From the human T2T-CHM13v2.0 reference genome, Homo sapiens, in NCBI RefSeq assembly GCF_009914755.1, contig NC_060932.1: a stretch of 64,000 nt of DNA. One strand, written 5' to 3'. Below the pieces are notes generated by a model. The model made no database searches. It was not told the origin of the DNA and saw only the letters and a program-made list of their open reading frames with translations. The position numbers were made by a program, and so were the translations under genes. This document shows positions 30,235 through 45,300 of the stretch, one piece after another. Within the stretch, counting starts at the first letter, position 1. Each line of letters starts with the position of its first letter.

Positions 30235-30298
30235 AAGAATGTTTTTAAAATTAATGTAGGATATATAATTTACTTGGTGAAGTCATGTTTTTTATTTA

Positions 30299-30643
30299 AA
30301 TAAAATATTTGCATTTTTCTAGAGATATTCTTAAATCACAATGTAAAAAAGCATTCAATAAAATATTTGTATTTTTCTAGAGACATTCTGAAACTACAAA
30401 GTAAAATAGCATTCAATAAAATATTTGTATTTCTCTGGAGATATTCTGAAACCACAATATAAAAAAGCATTCAATAAAATATTGTATTTTTTAGAGATAT
30501 TCTCAAACCACAATATAAAAAAGCATTCAATAAAATATTTGTATTTTTCTAGAGATTCTGAAACCACAATGTATAAAAGCATTCAATAAAATATTTGTAT
30601 TTTTCTAGCGACATTCTGAAACCACAATGTAAAAAAAACATTC
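30299..30643. repeat. Minisatellite: 6 copies of a ~58-bp AT-rich unit
   Basis: Consensus approximately AATAAAATATTTGTATTTTTCTAGAGATATTCTGAAACCACAATGTAAAAAAGCATTC; the TAAAATATT register recurs at 30301, 30359, 30417, 30475, 30531 and 30587. Confidence 0.97.
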
Positions 30644-31137
30644 CTGGGGGCGGGGGGGACAGTAACATTTCTTTTTCAACTCTCCTTTGACCAGTAGAGC
30701 ATGATGCCCCTCAGGGACATTTTGGCTTGACCCAAATGGTGTGTGCAGATTCTAGCTACTATAAACCACACTTTTCTATGGCTTGACAAGTCCACTTCAT
30801 CAAGAAAAAAAAAATGCACTACATTATTGATGATTATCACAGCAATTGCATGGATTAGTGCCGTCACTGAGTTTTTCTCATCCATCTTCCACACCAGGTT
30901 ATTACATTTATATGATTTACAAATCTGTGATTCTTAGAATCACTAAAATCAGTACAGAAAGTGTTCAATATAGCATTTCCATCTTTGGTAAGTTCACAAA
31001 ATATTTGTTGGATAATGAATAAAAGGCTCTCCAACATTGTGACTTTATATGCTGTGTTTCCAATGGCTCCTTAAACCTTTTAGATGCACCACTGGCATTA
31101 TTTGCTGTGTTATAAAATCTATTAAATGTTTACACAC

Positions 31138-31458
<321 letters not shown>

Positions 31459-33365
31459 TAAGTATGTATCAAATGTTTGTACACTTTATATGTAAATGCT
31501 TGGTGGGCAGAATTTATATGTTTTATTAACCTATAAATCACAAGAGCCTATAACAGAGCCTGGCAAACAGTGGTGCAATATTTGCTTAAGTAATTGATAA
31601 TTAATTGGCAATGAGATGGTAAATACAGACCTTAAGGTTATGTAGAAGATTCTATAATTTCCACCTAGTCAAATACTGAATATTAATACTAATTTTGTTT
31701 ATTATTTTATTCTTAATTCTACCCAAAATAAACTAAATATTTTTTATTTCTTTTACATGGGATTCCAAGTTCTACAATAAATTGGGATATCACAGAGAGG
31801 TGATGGTATCATTTTCTAGAATTTTCCTTCTAGAGACCCTCTGCATGAAAGAAACTAGAATTCTAAAATGTAAAACACTTTTATTATACCTTATGAACAC
31901 AAATTTAAATAATCAGCATGTTAGTGGTTCAAGATATGAAATGAATACTGCCCTTTTCATTTCTGATAGCATTGAGAATGTTACAATCAAAAAGTTCTAA
32001 AAACTATGTACAACTATTATATATAAATAAGAGAAAAACTTCTAATCTTACTCAATGTTGCTTTAAGTTTGGGCAATAGAGAAAGAGAAACAAAGAAAAG
32101 CAATACTTCTTCATATGTTTACCATCACTTTTTACTGGGACCATCAAGGTCAAATGCTTGTCAATGTCTTAAATTTAGATAACAACAAGTTGAAATTTTC
32201 TTAGACGTGTTTATTTCTTTTGGTAATCCAAATGCCACAGTTGCCCTCTAGGGTCATTTTGAAGCTCTTAAGTGACCCTGGATGAACCATTCCTTTCAAA
32301 TCCTTTTCTCAAGCCATACATTTGGTAAAAGAAAGCGTATTGCTTGATAAAATCCTACTGTAACTAAAGTAAAAGTCCAAAATCTATATAGATGACATTA
32401 TCTGAAGTTTCTCTTTTGCAGTAAAAGCATTCCTTCCCAAATGTCCCAGCAACTTCTCAATGAACAAGGGCCTCAAAATTAATAGCTTAGCAATGGGTAG
32501 ATAAGCAAACAAATGATTAATTGTATAGTATCTTGTATATTTTACATGATATGCATGTATGAAGGAAGAGAGAGAGAAAGAAAGAGAGAGTCTGAGGAAG
32601 AAAAGAAACATGGATTTTTCAAATTTTACAGATTTTTCTCCTGTGATTATATACACCAATAAAACTCACAGTTTGGTGGCTAAGAGGCTCATACCACTAA
32701 AAAAAGGAGTTAAACTGAAGAAAGCATTTTTAAACATCTTTGAGAACTTAACCACAACGTGAGGCAGATTCTGTTTCCTTTTCTATTGACCTTTGATTGT
32801 ATCTTGGGATGGTAGACACACTGCTTTGTAGTACTTAGCTTCTATATCCCTGTATGTAAGAAACCAAACCATCCTAACCTGTGTTGTTTATCTAGGAAAG
32901 ACACCTATTCAAACACAAAGAACAGTGTCCAACCTTTCCTCAAAAAGTTAGGGTGTAAAATCTGTAGTGTAAAAATAGGAGGTCACGAGTAACCCCTTAA
33001 TGCCTCTGTTACTTCAATTTTCTGTTTTGTAAAATAAAGAAGATACTAAATAACTCACATGGTTTTGAGAATTCTCTGATATGCAGCATGAAAATATACT
33101 TTATAAATTCAGAGGTATTGCACAAATATTTTATACTCACACTATAATGGGACTTTATTAGTAGACAACTGTGAAATTTGTCAGCCAACCTTCCTTCAAG
33201 TACTCAACCAGAAACATTATACACTTATTTCAATAAAAAATCATCACTAAAAATGTTTTTTGAAAATATTCCTTTAAAATCCCTTCAGAGTCTGATCATA
33301 ATTCTCATGAGAATAGTAGTCTTGTTAAATTGTAACAATAAGATGATTTTACCCGGATTAATCAC

Positions 33366-33745
33366 TATATTTGTCTGTTCTCACTGGGACTGGGTAATTT
33401 ATAAAGAAAGAAGGTTCAATTGACTCACAGTTCCATATAGCTGGGGAGGCCTTAGGAAACTTACAATCATGGCAGAAGGGGAAGGGGTCGCAAGGCACGT
33501 CTTACATGATGGGCAGGCAAGACAGAGAGTTGGGGGAGCGGGGAGATACAGCGCAAAGCGGAAAGTGCCAGACACTGAAACAACCAGATCTTGTGGGAAA
33601 TTACTCACTATCATGAGAACAGCATGGGGGAAACCATCCCGATGAGCCAGTCACCTCCCAACAGGTCCCTCCCCAAAACATGTGAGGATTACAATTTGGA
33701 TTACAACTGATGAGGTTTGTGGGGGGACACAGCCAAACTATATCG
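33366..33745 (-). mobile_element. Solo THE1 (THE1D-like) LTR
   Basis: 'ggggaggccttaggaaacttacaatcatggcagaagg...gacacagccaaactatatcg'; 5-bp TSD ATCAC. Confidence 0.9.
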
Positions 33746-34054
33746 ATCACCAACATTCATTCTCAAAATTTGAGACATTTCTAACATGTATATGTAAATT
33801 TAAGATAGTTTATTTTTAAAGAGAGAGCTTAAATGATGCTATAATTTATTTGAATATTGAGTTTGAGTTAGTTTTATTTACAAACAAATCATTTTTTAAT
33901 ATATTAAGTATTTTATAATTTTTCTCTCCACATAAAGAAGACCAGAAGCAATATGTTTAAATCAAAGTGTAACTTTTGCTTTTTAATTCGTTTCTATGTA
34001 GGAATCCTCTTAATAAGGACATTCATATTAATAATGGGGTGGTGATTTTTTTAT

Positions 34055-34640
34055 CCATTCAATCTATCAGTTAATCAAGAAATATTTCTGAGTCCTTACA
34101 GGAAATACCAAGTCCTTACCCTAAAGATGCCCATTGTCTAATAGAAAAGATAATATAATGGTAGCAAAAGACTAGAAAAGAAATAGATGGAACAGAGCAG
34201 CATATTTTAGAGGGAGGTACGTTATAATAAGTGCTATTTATGAGCAGTTACATGGAAATCCTAACTGCAGTAGCTATTGAAAGACCAGCTTTTGAAGAAG
34301 AGTTTGAGTAAACCTATGAATATTAGAGTGTTTATCTGTGATTTTCGATTCTAAGCTCTCCATCACATGCCTAACTCACAGATGCTGAAAAGACTTCAAC
34401 ACACTTTTATCCAGCTCAATGTTTGTTAGCCAATAAATAGACACTGACTGCTAGACACTGTCCTAGGAAGTGGAGATAGTTTTTGACAAAAACAGACGAA
34501 ATCTTTTTCTGTGTAACCAATGACATAGCTGGACAAAGTAGACATTAAACAAACTGTTTCAAAATAATTAAATCATTTAAACTGTAAAGTACTGGAACAG
34601 TATACAAGACACTCTAGGAATATATAATATGGAGAAAAGA
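34055..34640 (-). mobile_element. L2 3' fragments
   Basis: 'atccattcaatc...aaatatttctgag' and 'ctgctagacactgtcctaggaagtggagatag'. Confidence 0.5.
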
Positions 34641-35490
34641 TCAGATCTCAGTGTTTACCAATTTTTATTTGAGACAATGTAGATCATTTTGTTTTCAAAA
34701 AAATAACATTACAATAATGTAAATATTCTGCAAAACTATCATGAAACCTGCATTGTAATATTTTGAGTAAAACACTCATGTGCAGGATATCTATGAATTA
34801 ATGTTTTATCATTGTCAATAGAGAAGTTAGACAGGTGTTTTGTTCAGTCCTTTAAATTTGTCCCTTTTCCCTAGTTCAAAGTCTGACAGGTAACTGGAAA
34901 TTCTAAACAGTTCAGGGTTGTATGGGTTTTAACAAAACTGTTGTATTTTCTAAGTGCTTAACAAGTTATTCTTTGATCTCTGAAGGAGTTATGTCAGAGC
35001 AAGGTTAATCATTGAATTTCTATCTGGGTTCCACACTGAAAAATAACATAAATGGCTTAAAACTCAATTTATAAATTTCATTAATTTGAAATTGAACCAA
35101 AGAAAATATTTGTAAACTTTTGCCTCAAAATCATATCACAATGCTCTAGAAAATCATAAACTTCACTATAAAAGAAAATGTATGAGTTTCATTTTGATAA
35201 ACAACAAAATTTACTTTGATCTGCACTAAAGAGAAAATCAAGATAAAATCTGTTAATGAAATAGAGAACTATGGGTTTTAAATTAAAGAGATTTTAAAAA
35301 TAGAACAACTTAGAGCTGTCTCCAGAGTAAATGGAATGGTTGGGAGAAATTTGGTTAACACCACTACTTGGCAGCAAGAGCCTGTATTGGGAGAGTCTGT
35401 ATTATGTGTGATTAAACACCAAATTTATGTTTCCATCAGTTTATAATACAAATGCTCTTTTAACAACTTGGCTAAGTATCAGATCACATA

Positions 35491-35867
<377 letters not shown>

Positions 35868-37374
35868 TGAAGCATTTTTTCTTCTTTCCTTATTTCAGTT
35901 GTAGAAATAATATATGATTAATTCTCACTACGCATATAATAAAATACAGGAAGTTCTAGTATTATTCCAAATAGTATGAATGTGCTAGAGAGGCAATACT
36001 AGACTAAAAAAAACCCACAGGGGTAGGCTTTGAGAAAGAACAAAAGTGTAAAAGTGCCTAGGGACAGGAAGTCCCCAGAAACTTTAATCAAATATTCCCA
36101 CCCAAAGGAGAAGTCCCTACCTGTGAGAAGACTCTTTTGAGATTGAACAGAGTATGATTATTATGAAAGGGTAGAGACAGTATGTCCAGAAAGTACCCAG
36201 AAGTGAGCAAAAAGTAAGTTCAGAAAATACAAGAGATAGCAGATGTACCTGCACTTGAAAGCTTCAGCAAAACCCAACTTCTAAAGGTGAGTCCAATATT
36301 TTGGAAATAAAGAATGTGAAGAGATCTGAAAAGCTCAGAGCTGGGGATAGAAACTCTTCTGTATTCATGTAAGGTCTGAAAGCCAGAGAAAAAGTGAGAA
36401 CAGAGAGGGGCCATTTATTAAGACCTTTGCTGAAATAGAGAAGGGAGCACCAGGATATTCACTCTGACGCACTTTCATTTCACCCCCAAAATATCCACAC
36501 TGCCAGAACCACCTGCTGCCAGGTGGGAAAATTCACCTTATTCAAATATAGATAGAATAAGAGGAACATATTCTGCCTCCATACGAAGATTTTGGGTAAG
36601 TATCCATTAGTTCAATTTTTTTCTGTATTACTCACATCTCCTGTATCCTTACCGATTTTTTATCTGATATTTTATTTATTGAGAGAGTTTTGTCAAACTC
36701 AGTAAGAAAGTGATGAAAAAGAATGGTGTAACTTTCCTGCAGATAATAAAAACTCACTGGAGAAAACATTTTCAAAAAGTTAATGAAAAAATGTAACAAC
36801 ATTCCGAACATAAACAGAAAAGAATGAAAGAAAAAAAACTTCATTTGCTTAAGAATAAAGATAATGGAACAGGCATAAGAATTCTATTGAGTAAAATAAA
36901 AAACATTAACAGAAATAAAACGAATCCCAAATAAACAGAGATATGTACCTTGTTCATAGATGGGAAAACTCAGAGAGGCAAATTATCCCAAATGGATCTA
37001 CAGATCCAATAAAATCCCAATAAAAATTTCAACAGATTTTTTTTGTGGAAATTGGCAGGTGGACTCTAAAATTTACATGGAAATACAAGTGGCCAAGAAT
37101 AGCTAAGACCCTCTTGAAAAATCAACAAGGCTAAAGGACTTACACTGTCAGGTATCAAAATAAATTATGAAGCATTAATTATTAAAATAGTTATTATCGA
37201 CTCAAAGGTAGATAAATAACCCAGTGGAACAGAATGAAGTCTTCAGAAGCAGTCCCAGACAAGCTATTTGTTAAGTTAACTTTGCAATTGAGTGGGGGAA
37301 TAAATGGTCTTTTCAATAAATATGGCAGGTCAATTGTATAGGCATATAGAAAAAAATAATATTTACCCATAGGT

Positions 37375-37786
37375 CACTAAAATATGTTGCAAAAATGGCC
37401 ACAAATCCCTCCCATTCCTCTATGCATACCCTTTTGTGGCATAATTTCGCCTTTTCTCATATCAGAAGTGAAGTCTATTTATCCTCTTAAATCTAGGCAG
37501 GGATACGTGACTTCTTTAGCCAAAGGGACAATATGAAATGTGACATACGCAGGGCTGTGAAAAGCGCTCATGCATTAGGACTTGCCCTCTTGTTGCTGGA
37601 AACCCTGAGACCATCATCTGATGATCCTGGACCAGCCTATTGACATAGCATGAGAGACCATGTGGGAGAGATGCCAGCCAACCCAGCCATCCCAGCCACT
37701 CGCAGAATTGTGAGCTAAATGAAATAGCTGTTTTAAGCTACTATGTTTTGGGGTGGTTTGTTCCACAGTAAAAGCTAATTGCTGCA
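37375..37786 (+). mobile_element. MLT1 (G/H-like) LTR
   Basis: 'aaaaatggccacaaatccctccc...gttttaagctactatgttttggggtggtttgttccacag'. Confidence 0.75.
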
Positions 37787-37856
37787 GTTCTACCACAAAA
37801 ATTCCAGATGGATTGTAGATCTAAACGTGAACAGTAAATGACAAAAGCTTCTACAA

Positions 37857-38044
37857 CAGTGCTGTCCAATAGAAATGTTCCCTATTTGCAATGCCCAGTA
37901 GGGTTGCCACCAAGCCACTTGTAACTACTGAGTACTGAAAACATGACTAGCACAAATGAGGAAATGAATTTTCAATTTATTGTAATTTATATTTAAGCTT
38001 AAATAGCTACACTAGGCTACTGGGTACAGTATTGAACAGTGCAG
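37857..38044. mobile_element. MER3-like hAT MITE
   Basis: TIRs cagtgctgtccaata / tattgaacagtgcag; 8-bp TSD ttctacaa / ttctagaa. Confidence 0.8.
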
Positions 38045-39119
38045 TTCTAGAAAATAACACAAGAAAATTATTCAGGAACTTTGGATTAAAAAATATATAA
38101 ACAGGGGAAGAAGTACTGATCATATTGGAAAACAATGATTAACTAACCCACATAAAAACTAAAGATTTTTGTTTGTCAATAGACATCATTAAGTATTTGA
38201 AGAGATAAACGATAATTTGGAAAAATAAAATTAAAACATATTTCTGACAAAGGAGTCATATCCAGAATACATTAGGAATTCCCAAAAAATAAATTAAATA
38301 AGTACACCTAAAAACCCAGCAATTCTATTCCTAGGTAAATAGATATGTGTACATTATGTACATCAAAAGACATGTCTAAGAATATTCACAGCAGCAGTAT
38401 TTTTAAGTAGCTACAACTAGAATAACCCAAATATTCACCAACAGTAGAATAAAATAGAATATTTGCAAAATAAAATATGAAAGAGTATATTACATGGTAT
38501 ACATATATATGGTTACATAAAAATGGATGAAATCTCACAACATTGAGCAAAAGAAGTCACGTGTATTTGTTTACCTATTTTATTTTTCCATTTGTATGAA
38601 GTTTAAAAACTTTGGACATAATCATTAAATTTAGTTGTGAAAGATGGCTCAATATTAAGAGATTCAGTAAGTTATCTTAATAAAGTTATTCTGTTCATGA
38701 TCTAAAAAGAAAAACCTATAATCATCTCCATGGATATTGAAAAGTTATTTAATCAATTCAACTCTATTCTTAATTTTTAAAATATGTAATAAAAGTCATT
38801 CAGTAGGCACTTCCTTAATATGTGTGCTGGAAACCCTTTTTGGTTCCTTAATCCTGCCTACATTGTTATAAATGTTTTCTCTTCATTAAACTCTTGTTAG
38901 TTACTTAATTTCATTGTACTGTTTGTGGCAAAGATGTTACCTGGTACATGATTGTAGGTTAGAAAGCCCAAACACTAGCATCTTTCCTAACCAAGAGACA
39001 CAAGAAGAACAAGACTAAGGATGGCCACTATCAACTCTCCTATTTAACTTTGTATTAAAAGTATTCAGCTAAACAACTGGGCAAGAGAAAAAAAGCTAGT
39101 GCTTAAAAGTAGCAAAGGA

Positions 39120-39368
39120 AATTCTGTTGTTCTATTGCACAGTAGGATAACTATAGTTAATAATAATGTATTGTGTATTTCCAAATAGCTAGAAGAGAGA
39201 ATTTTGAATGCTCTCACCACAAAGAAATGATAAATTTGTGAGGTCATGAGTATGCTAACTACCCTGATTTGATCACTACATAATGTATTCATGTATAGAA
39301 ACATCACCCTCTACCCCATAAATATGTACAATTATGTGTCAATTTAAAACAAAATACAACTTTTTAAA
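39120..39368 (+). mobile_element. L1MA 3' end fragment
   Basis: 'aaatagctagaagagag...tctcaccacaaagaaatgataaat...accccataaatatgtacaattat'. Confidence 0.85.
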
Positions 39369-39660
39369 AACTGGAAAAGATAAAACTTTATTTGCAGATG
39401 ATGGCACACTTGTAGAATAAAATGTGCAAGATTTTTCATTGTGGGCATTGTTTGTAGTAGAAAAAGTCTAGACATAATCCAAGTTCCCAAAAATATTGGA
39501 CTGACTGAATAAAGTACTTCTACACCATGGAATATTAGACACTTGTAGAAACAGAATGCAGAAGGTGTGCGTGTACTAAAATAACTAGATCTCTCTATGA
39601 TATGCTAATGACAGAAAAAAGCAAAGTCAAGAACAAAACAGGTAATAAAGAGGGAAAATA

Positions 39661-40116
39661 AGCCACGTGGAACTGTGAGTCCATTAAACCTATTTTTCTT
39701 TCCAGTCTTGGGTATGTCTTTTTTTTTTTTTTTTTTACTGTACTTTAAGTTTTAGGGTACATGTGCACATTGTGCAGGTTAGTTACATATGTATACATGT
39801 GCCATGCTGGTGTGCTGCACCCACTAACTCGTCATCTAGCATTAGGTATATCTCCCGATGCTATCCCTCCCCCCTCCCCCCACCCCACAACAGTCCCCAG
39901 AGTGTGATATTCCCCTTCCTGTGTCCATGTGATCTCATTGTTCAATTCCCACCTATGAGTGAGAATATGCGGTGTTTGGTTTTTTGTTCTTGCGATAGTT
40001 TACTGAGAATGATGCTTTCCAATTTCATCCATGTCCCTACAAAGGACATGAACTCATCATTTTTTATGGCTGCACTGGGTATGTCTTTATCAGCAGCGTG
40101 AAAACGAAATAATGCA
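39661..40116 (+). mobile_element. 3' fragment of a THE1 LTR, interrupted by L1PA2
   Basis: 'agccacgtggaactgtgagtccattaaacc...gggtatgtctttatcagcagcgtgaaaacg'. Confidence 0.88.
39722..40074 (-). mobile_element. Young 5'-truncated L1 (L1PA2-like)
   Basis: Minus strand reads GAGATCACATGG, GGAATATCACACTCTG, GCTAGATGACGAGTTAGTGGG (non-Ta GAG) and CACAATGTG; 13-bp TSD tgggtatgtcttt. Confidence 0.93.
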
Positions 40117-40211
40117 ACTGTTTACGGCCAATCTCAATTCTCAGAAATAAAGATTATAGTCTGGTAACTATTGTTCCTGATCTTTTTCTAAGCACTCACA
40201 TACAAACATGT

Positions 40212-40855
<644 letters not shown>

Positions 40856-40870
40856 AAATAGTTATAGGAA

Positions 40871-41669
40871 TGTATTAACCCATTCTCACTTTCCTGTAAA
40901 GAAATACCTGAGACTGCATAATTTATAAAGAAAAGAGCTTTAATTGGTTCACTGTTATGAAGCTTATACAGGAAGCATGGAGGCATCTGCTTCTAGAGAG
41001 GCCTCAGGGAGTTTTACTCATGGCAGAAGGCAAAGCAAGAGCAGGCGCTTCACATGGTGAAAGCAGGAGCAAGAGAGAGTAGAGGGAGGAGAGAAGGGGA
41101 AGGTGCTACACACTTTTGACTGACCAGATTTCGCAGTAACTCACTCGCTATCATGAGAAGAGTACCAAAGGGATGGTGCTAGACCATTCATGAGAATTCT
41201 GCCCCCATGATCCAATCACCTTCCGTATTAGTCCGTTTTCATGCTGCTGATAAAGACCTACCCAAGACTGGGTAATTTAGAAAGAAAAAGAGATTTAATG
41301 GACTCACAGTTCCATGTGGCTGGGAGGCCTCACAATCATGGTGCAAGGCAAAAAGCACATCTTGCATTGCAGCAGACAAGAGACACAATGAGAAGCAAGT
41401 GAAAGGGGTTTTCCCTTATAAAACCATGAGATCTCATGAGATTTATTCATTACCAGGAGAACAGTATGGGGGAAACCACTTCCATGATTCAGTTATCTCC
41501 CACTGGGTCCCTCCCACAATACATGGGAATTATGGAAGCTACAAGTAAAGACGAGATTTGGGAGAGGACACAGCCAAGCCATATCACCTCCCGCCAAGCC
41601 CCACCTCCAATACTGGGGATGACAATTGAACATGAAATTTGAGTGAGGATACAGATCCAAATTATATCA
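40871..41669 (-). mobile_element. MSTA LTR, interrupted by THE1
   Basis: 'tacaggaagcatgg...aagggatggtgctagaccattcatgag...ccccacctccaatactgggg...attatatca'; TSD aggaa / aagaa. Confidence 0.9.
41224..41586 (-). mobile_element. Solo THE1 LTR nested in MSTA
   Basis: 'cgtattagtccgttttcatgctgctgataaagac...cacagccaagccatatca'; TSD ccttc / cctcc. Confidence 0.92.
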
Positions 41670-44339
41670 AAGAATTTATTGTACGATAGCATTTCACATC
41701 AAAAAGGATATGGATCTTCAATTCGAATACAGAGATTGAGTAAAGACTTGGTAAAAATAAACTGATTAATCATATATACATATGTATATACCAATATATA
41801 GTTTTGATTTGTTTGGATTATTTTAATATCAATTTACTAAGTATATCGTTTAGAAATTTGTTTTTCTCAAAACTTAGTGTTATGTCCTCAAAAGTTTTCC
41901 ATGGCAATACATATCATTATAGCTAAATATTTTACCTGCTGGATAATTTCCAAATATGGCTATAATTTCCAATAGTTTATACATCCTTTCCTCCATTGAT
42001 GGGCGTCTAGTCTGTTTCCAGTTTTTCGCTATTGAGAACACTGATGCAATGAATATCTCTACATCTAAGTCTTCACCTACATTTGGAAATTAGCAGACAT
42101 TTGCCGCTAAATGTGCACAACAGGAATAAGGAATAATCTGATATCCTCATTTTGAAAGAAGTTATCAGTACTCACAGTGTTCACATACAGGGTTACAGGG
42201 TTTAGAAATGAGAAAGTTTCCATTAAAGGAATGATTTCATGTTTATAAACATATTAAAATCATAGAACCATAGAAACAAGTTTAGATTGTTTCTCTTTTG
42301 CATTATTGCTTTTTGCCTTTATACACTTGCACCATTTCTACCACTAGATTTTGAGCTACTGTCTTTTATTTATCAAAGGAACTACCAGTCTAAGAAAATA
42401 AAGAAAAATGTGTTCTCCTAAAAATGAATCTTAATTTCACTCCCTTTACCCTGCACGATTTTTCCTTTGTTCCTTCTTTCACAGCACTTAGCACGTTCCC
42501 CCACACTACATAATTTACACATCTGTTATGTTTTGTATTCTCCAGCTTAAATGTTAATTCTACAAAAGCAGGAATTTTTAAAAATCTCTTTTCTTCACAA
42601 TGTATATTCCAAGGACTTTAATAAGTGTACTTTACACTGATGAAAACCTTAAGACAAATTTCCAGGTGTGTGTGTGTGCATATATATATATGCACACATA
42701 TATACATATTACATATATAATATATACATATATAATACATACATTCTAAATATAGCCATCAAAACATTGTATCAGATCTACAAGTTGGGTGAAATATAAT
42801 TTTTAAATGTAGCTTTCCCTTCTTCTTGCCTCTGGAATAAAAACAGATCGTTTCTTAAGGTCATTGTCAAGTAAACAAGGTTATTAATATATTCTAGAAC
42901 ATACTCCAGAATAGAATAATAGAATATATGCTTCACAGTTCATGAAAACCAAAAGAAAAAATATTCATAATGAATTAAAAAATATCTGCCTGCTAAAAAG
43001 AACCATTCAGCACACCTTGTCTACAGCATTAATAAAAGATGAACAATTCAATTTTTTTTCCTGAGTGGTATATCTGTGGTGGCAATTATTTTTCTTTCTA
43101 AAAAGAAAGGTACATCTGATGTAATAAGTCAAGTTTCAGGAATCACTCAGTTCTGTATATTATTTTAAAACTAAAGCAATTTTTAAAAAGAGCCTCCATG
43201 TCTCACAGGGAATATGTAATTACTTATCTTTCAGAGTTCACTTAAATTTCTACATTTGAACAGGAGAAATTTTAAAATAGCATTTATTTTTTGGAGAAAT
43301 TGGCAGACAATTATCACAACAAATTTATCCGAGATCACTATATATATATATATATAAAATATATATTATATATATAATATATATATTATATATATATATT
43401 CGTGGCATCATTTAAAAAACAATTACCATATAGTGAATGAAAAAGGTTGTCTTCACTGACTCCAGAACCAAAGTATTTTATAACAGATTCCTTATATTTT
43501 TATTTTAAATAAATGTTAAAATCTTTTTAAAGAAGTTTTTGTGGGTTTCATAGGATTCTTTTTTCAGATAAAATGGGGCACAATAAGGTCATAAAGTCAA
43601 GATTCGTGTCTAAAAGCAAACTGTTGGTAAGAACTTCCACCAAGACTCTCCTAGTTTCTCTTTTCTTCACATTAACTTTAAAAAATCTTGTTATTTTCCA
43701 AGTCCTTTAGGTAAAGGACTCAAAAATAAACCCAAGATCCCATGATGTCAATGATTGGAGAGAACCACAAATTCAGTAGAATTACTTTTCAACCAAGACA
43801 GATACTTCTTAACTTACAAGTCACATATTTGAAAATATCTCTATTAAACATTAGAGTTGACATCTGAAAATCTTTTATAAGGGAAGTAATTTTAAACATA
43901 AGCCACTTAAAATACTCTATCACTCTCTGATAAGAGGGATCTTTAATATAATAATGATTAAAGAAGGTTCTTAATAGAACACTTCCAGGATAAATTTTGT
44001 TTAATATAATTATTCCCAATTCCCATATTGTCAAAAACAATTCTTTGGAAGAGGTACTCAAGTTAGTTATAAATTTTTTTAAATGTGTACCAAATAATAA
44101 AGAAATACTGCTTTCAAGCAGCAAAATCTGGACAGAATCCTAGTAACTGAGATGTCACCCAGTATTACTCAGAGTAAATTGTTTATTAAGACAAAATAGT
44201 ATGTATTTTTTTATCTGAATTGATTCCTCAACTGAAAAATCTAAGTCCAGGAGAAAATTCCTATAAAATCTATTTGCTTTCCATAGTTAGGCAATGATCC
44301 TAGAAATATACATATACAGATATATGTATATCTGCAGAT

Positions 44340-44388
44340 ACACACACACGCACACACACACACACAGACATACACACACACACACACA
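44340..44388. repeat. Interrupted (CA)n microsatellite
   Basis: Direct inspection. Confidence 0.9.
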
Positions 44389-45164
44389 TTAAAAACCCTC
44401 TCCTTCACATCGAAGGGCTCTGACCTAATTTCTGGGCACCGTGCCACATTTCTAGTCATTCAAATAGATGAGTCAGTACTCCCTGGGCCTCACTCTGGCT
44501 AGGTCCACTCAGAGACCAAAACCTCTTCATCTCCTGGCAGACATTCTCAATGATGTTTTCATTTCATTTAAAAGCAAGATTCCTTCGATCCGCCTGTGAG
44601 GACTAAGGAAGAAAGCATTCTCACTCCATTTAATCATTTTACGCCGCCACAGACTACCCAGCAGGGGACTCACGGCCCACTCTCTGTACTTTCAGGTAAC
44701 TACCCTCGTTCACAGGTCAATAGTTGCTCTCTTCCTTCAGAAATAAAAATATTTACCTCCCACATAAAAGAGTAGTCATTCGACAAGTAGATTTTGCTTT
44801 TCATTACATAGGAAATAGGTGAAAAAACTTATAAAAGGACAGTATCTGCTGTTAACCTTTCTGCCCCTATTCAACTCCTGCTTTTCCTTGAAAACCTTAA
44901 TTTCCAGAATAATCTAGGATCTCTTTTTTGGATAACAAAAGGAAGATTGGCAAACCACATAAGAATCACTTAAAGAGCAATGAGAAATAGCTAATGACTG
45001 AGCAAAAATTATTCAATCCTGATTCTCAGGTAGCAATTTTCCAGCAAGATACCGAAAATGTGTCAACTCGTATTCACATGGGTTACCAAATGCCTGTGAC
45101 ATCCCAAGTACTATATTAGACTCTTCTTTCAGGATCTCAAACAAAAACTCTGTGATGCGAATAT

Positions 45165-45300
45165 TATTATCCTCTATTCAGATGAGAAAAGTGAGGTTGG
45201 AAAATGTGAAGAAACTTACCCAGTATCACACACAGAGTAAAGAACTTGTACACTCTTCTTAGCCTGGCCCATCTGATCACAAAGCTAGTACTCCTGCTAC
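45165..45300 (-). mobile_element. MIR fragment
   Basis: 'ttattatcctctattcagatgagaaaagtgagg...aaacttacccagtatcacac'. Confidence 0.7.

Larger units (their letters stand above)
36880..38600 (+). mobile_element. Old L1M ORF2/3' fragments, interrupted by MLT1 and MER3
   Basis: 'ctctaaaatttacatggaaatacaagtggccaagaatagc', 'ggtcttttcaataaat', 'aacccagcaattctattcctagg'. Confidence 0.8.

Noticed and set aside
30299-30643. CRISPR-like periodicity
   Set aside because: Units are contiguous with no unique spacers, there are no cas genes, and the context is primate; it is a minisatellite.
44672-44735. Minus-strand GTGAGT donor with a possible ~60-nt exon
   Set aside because: Weak acceptor and stops in all three frames.
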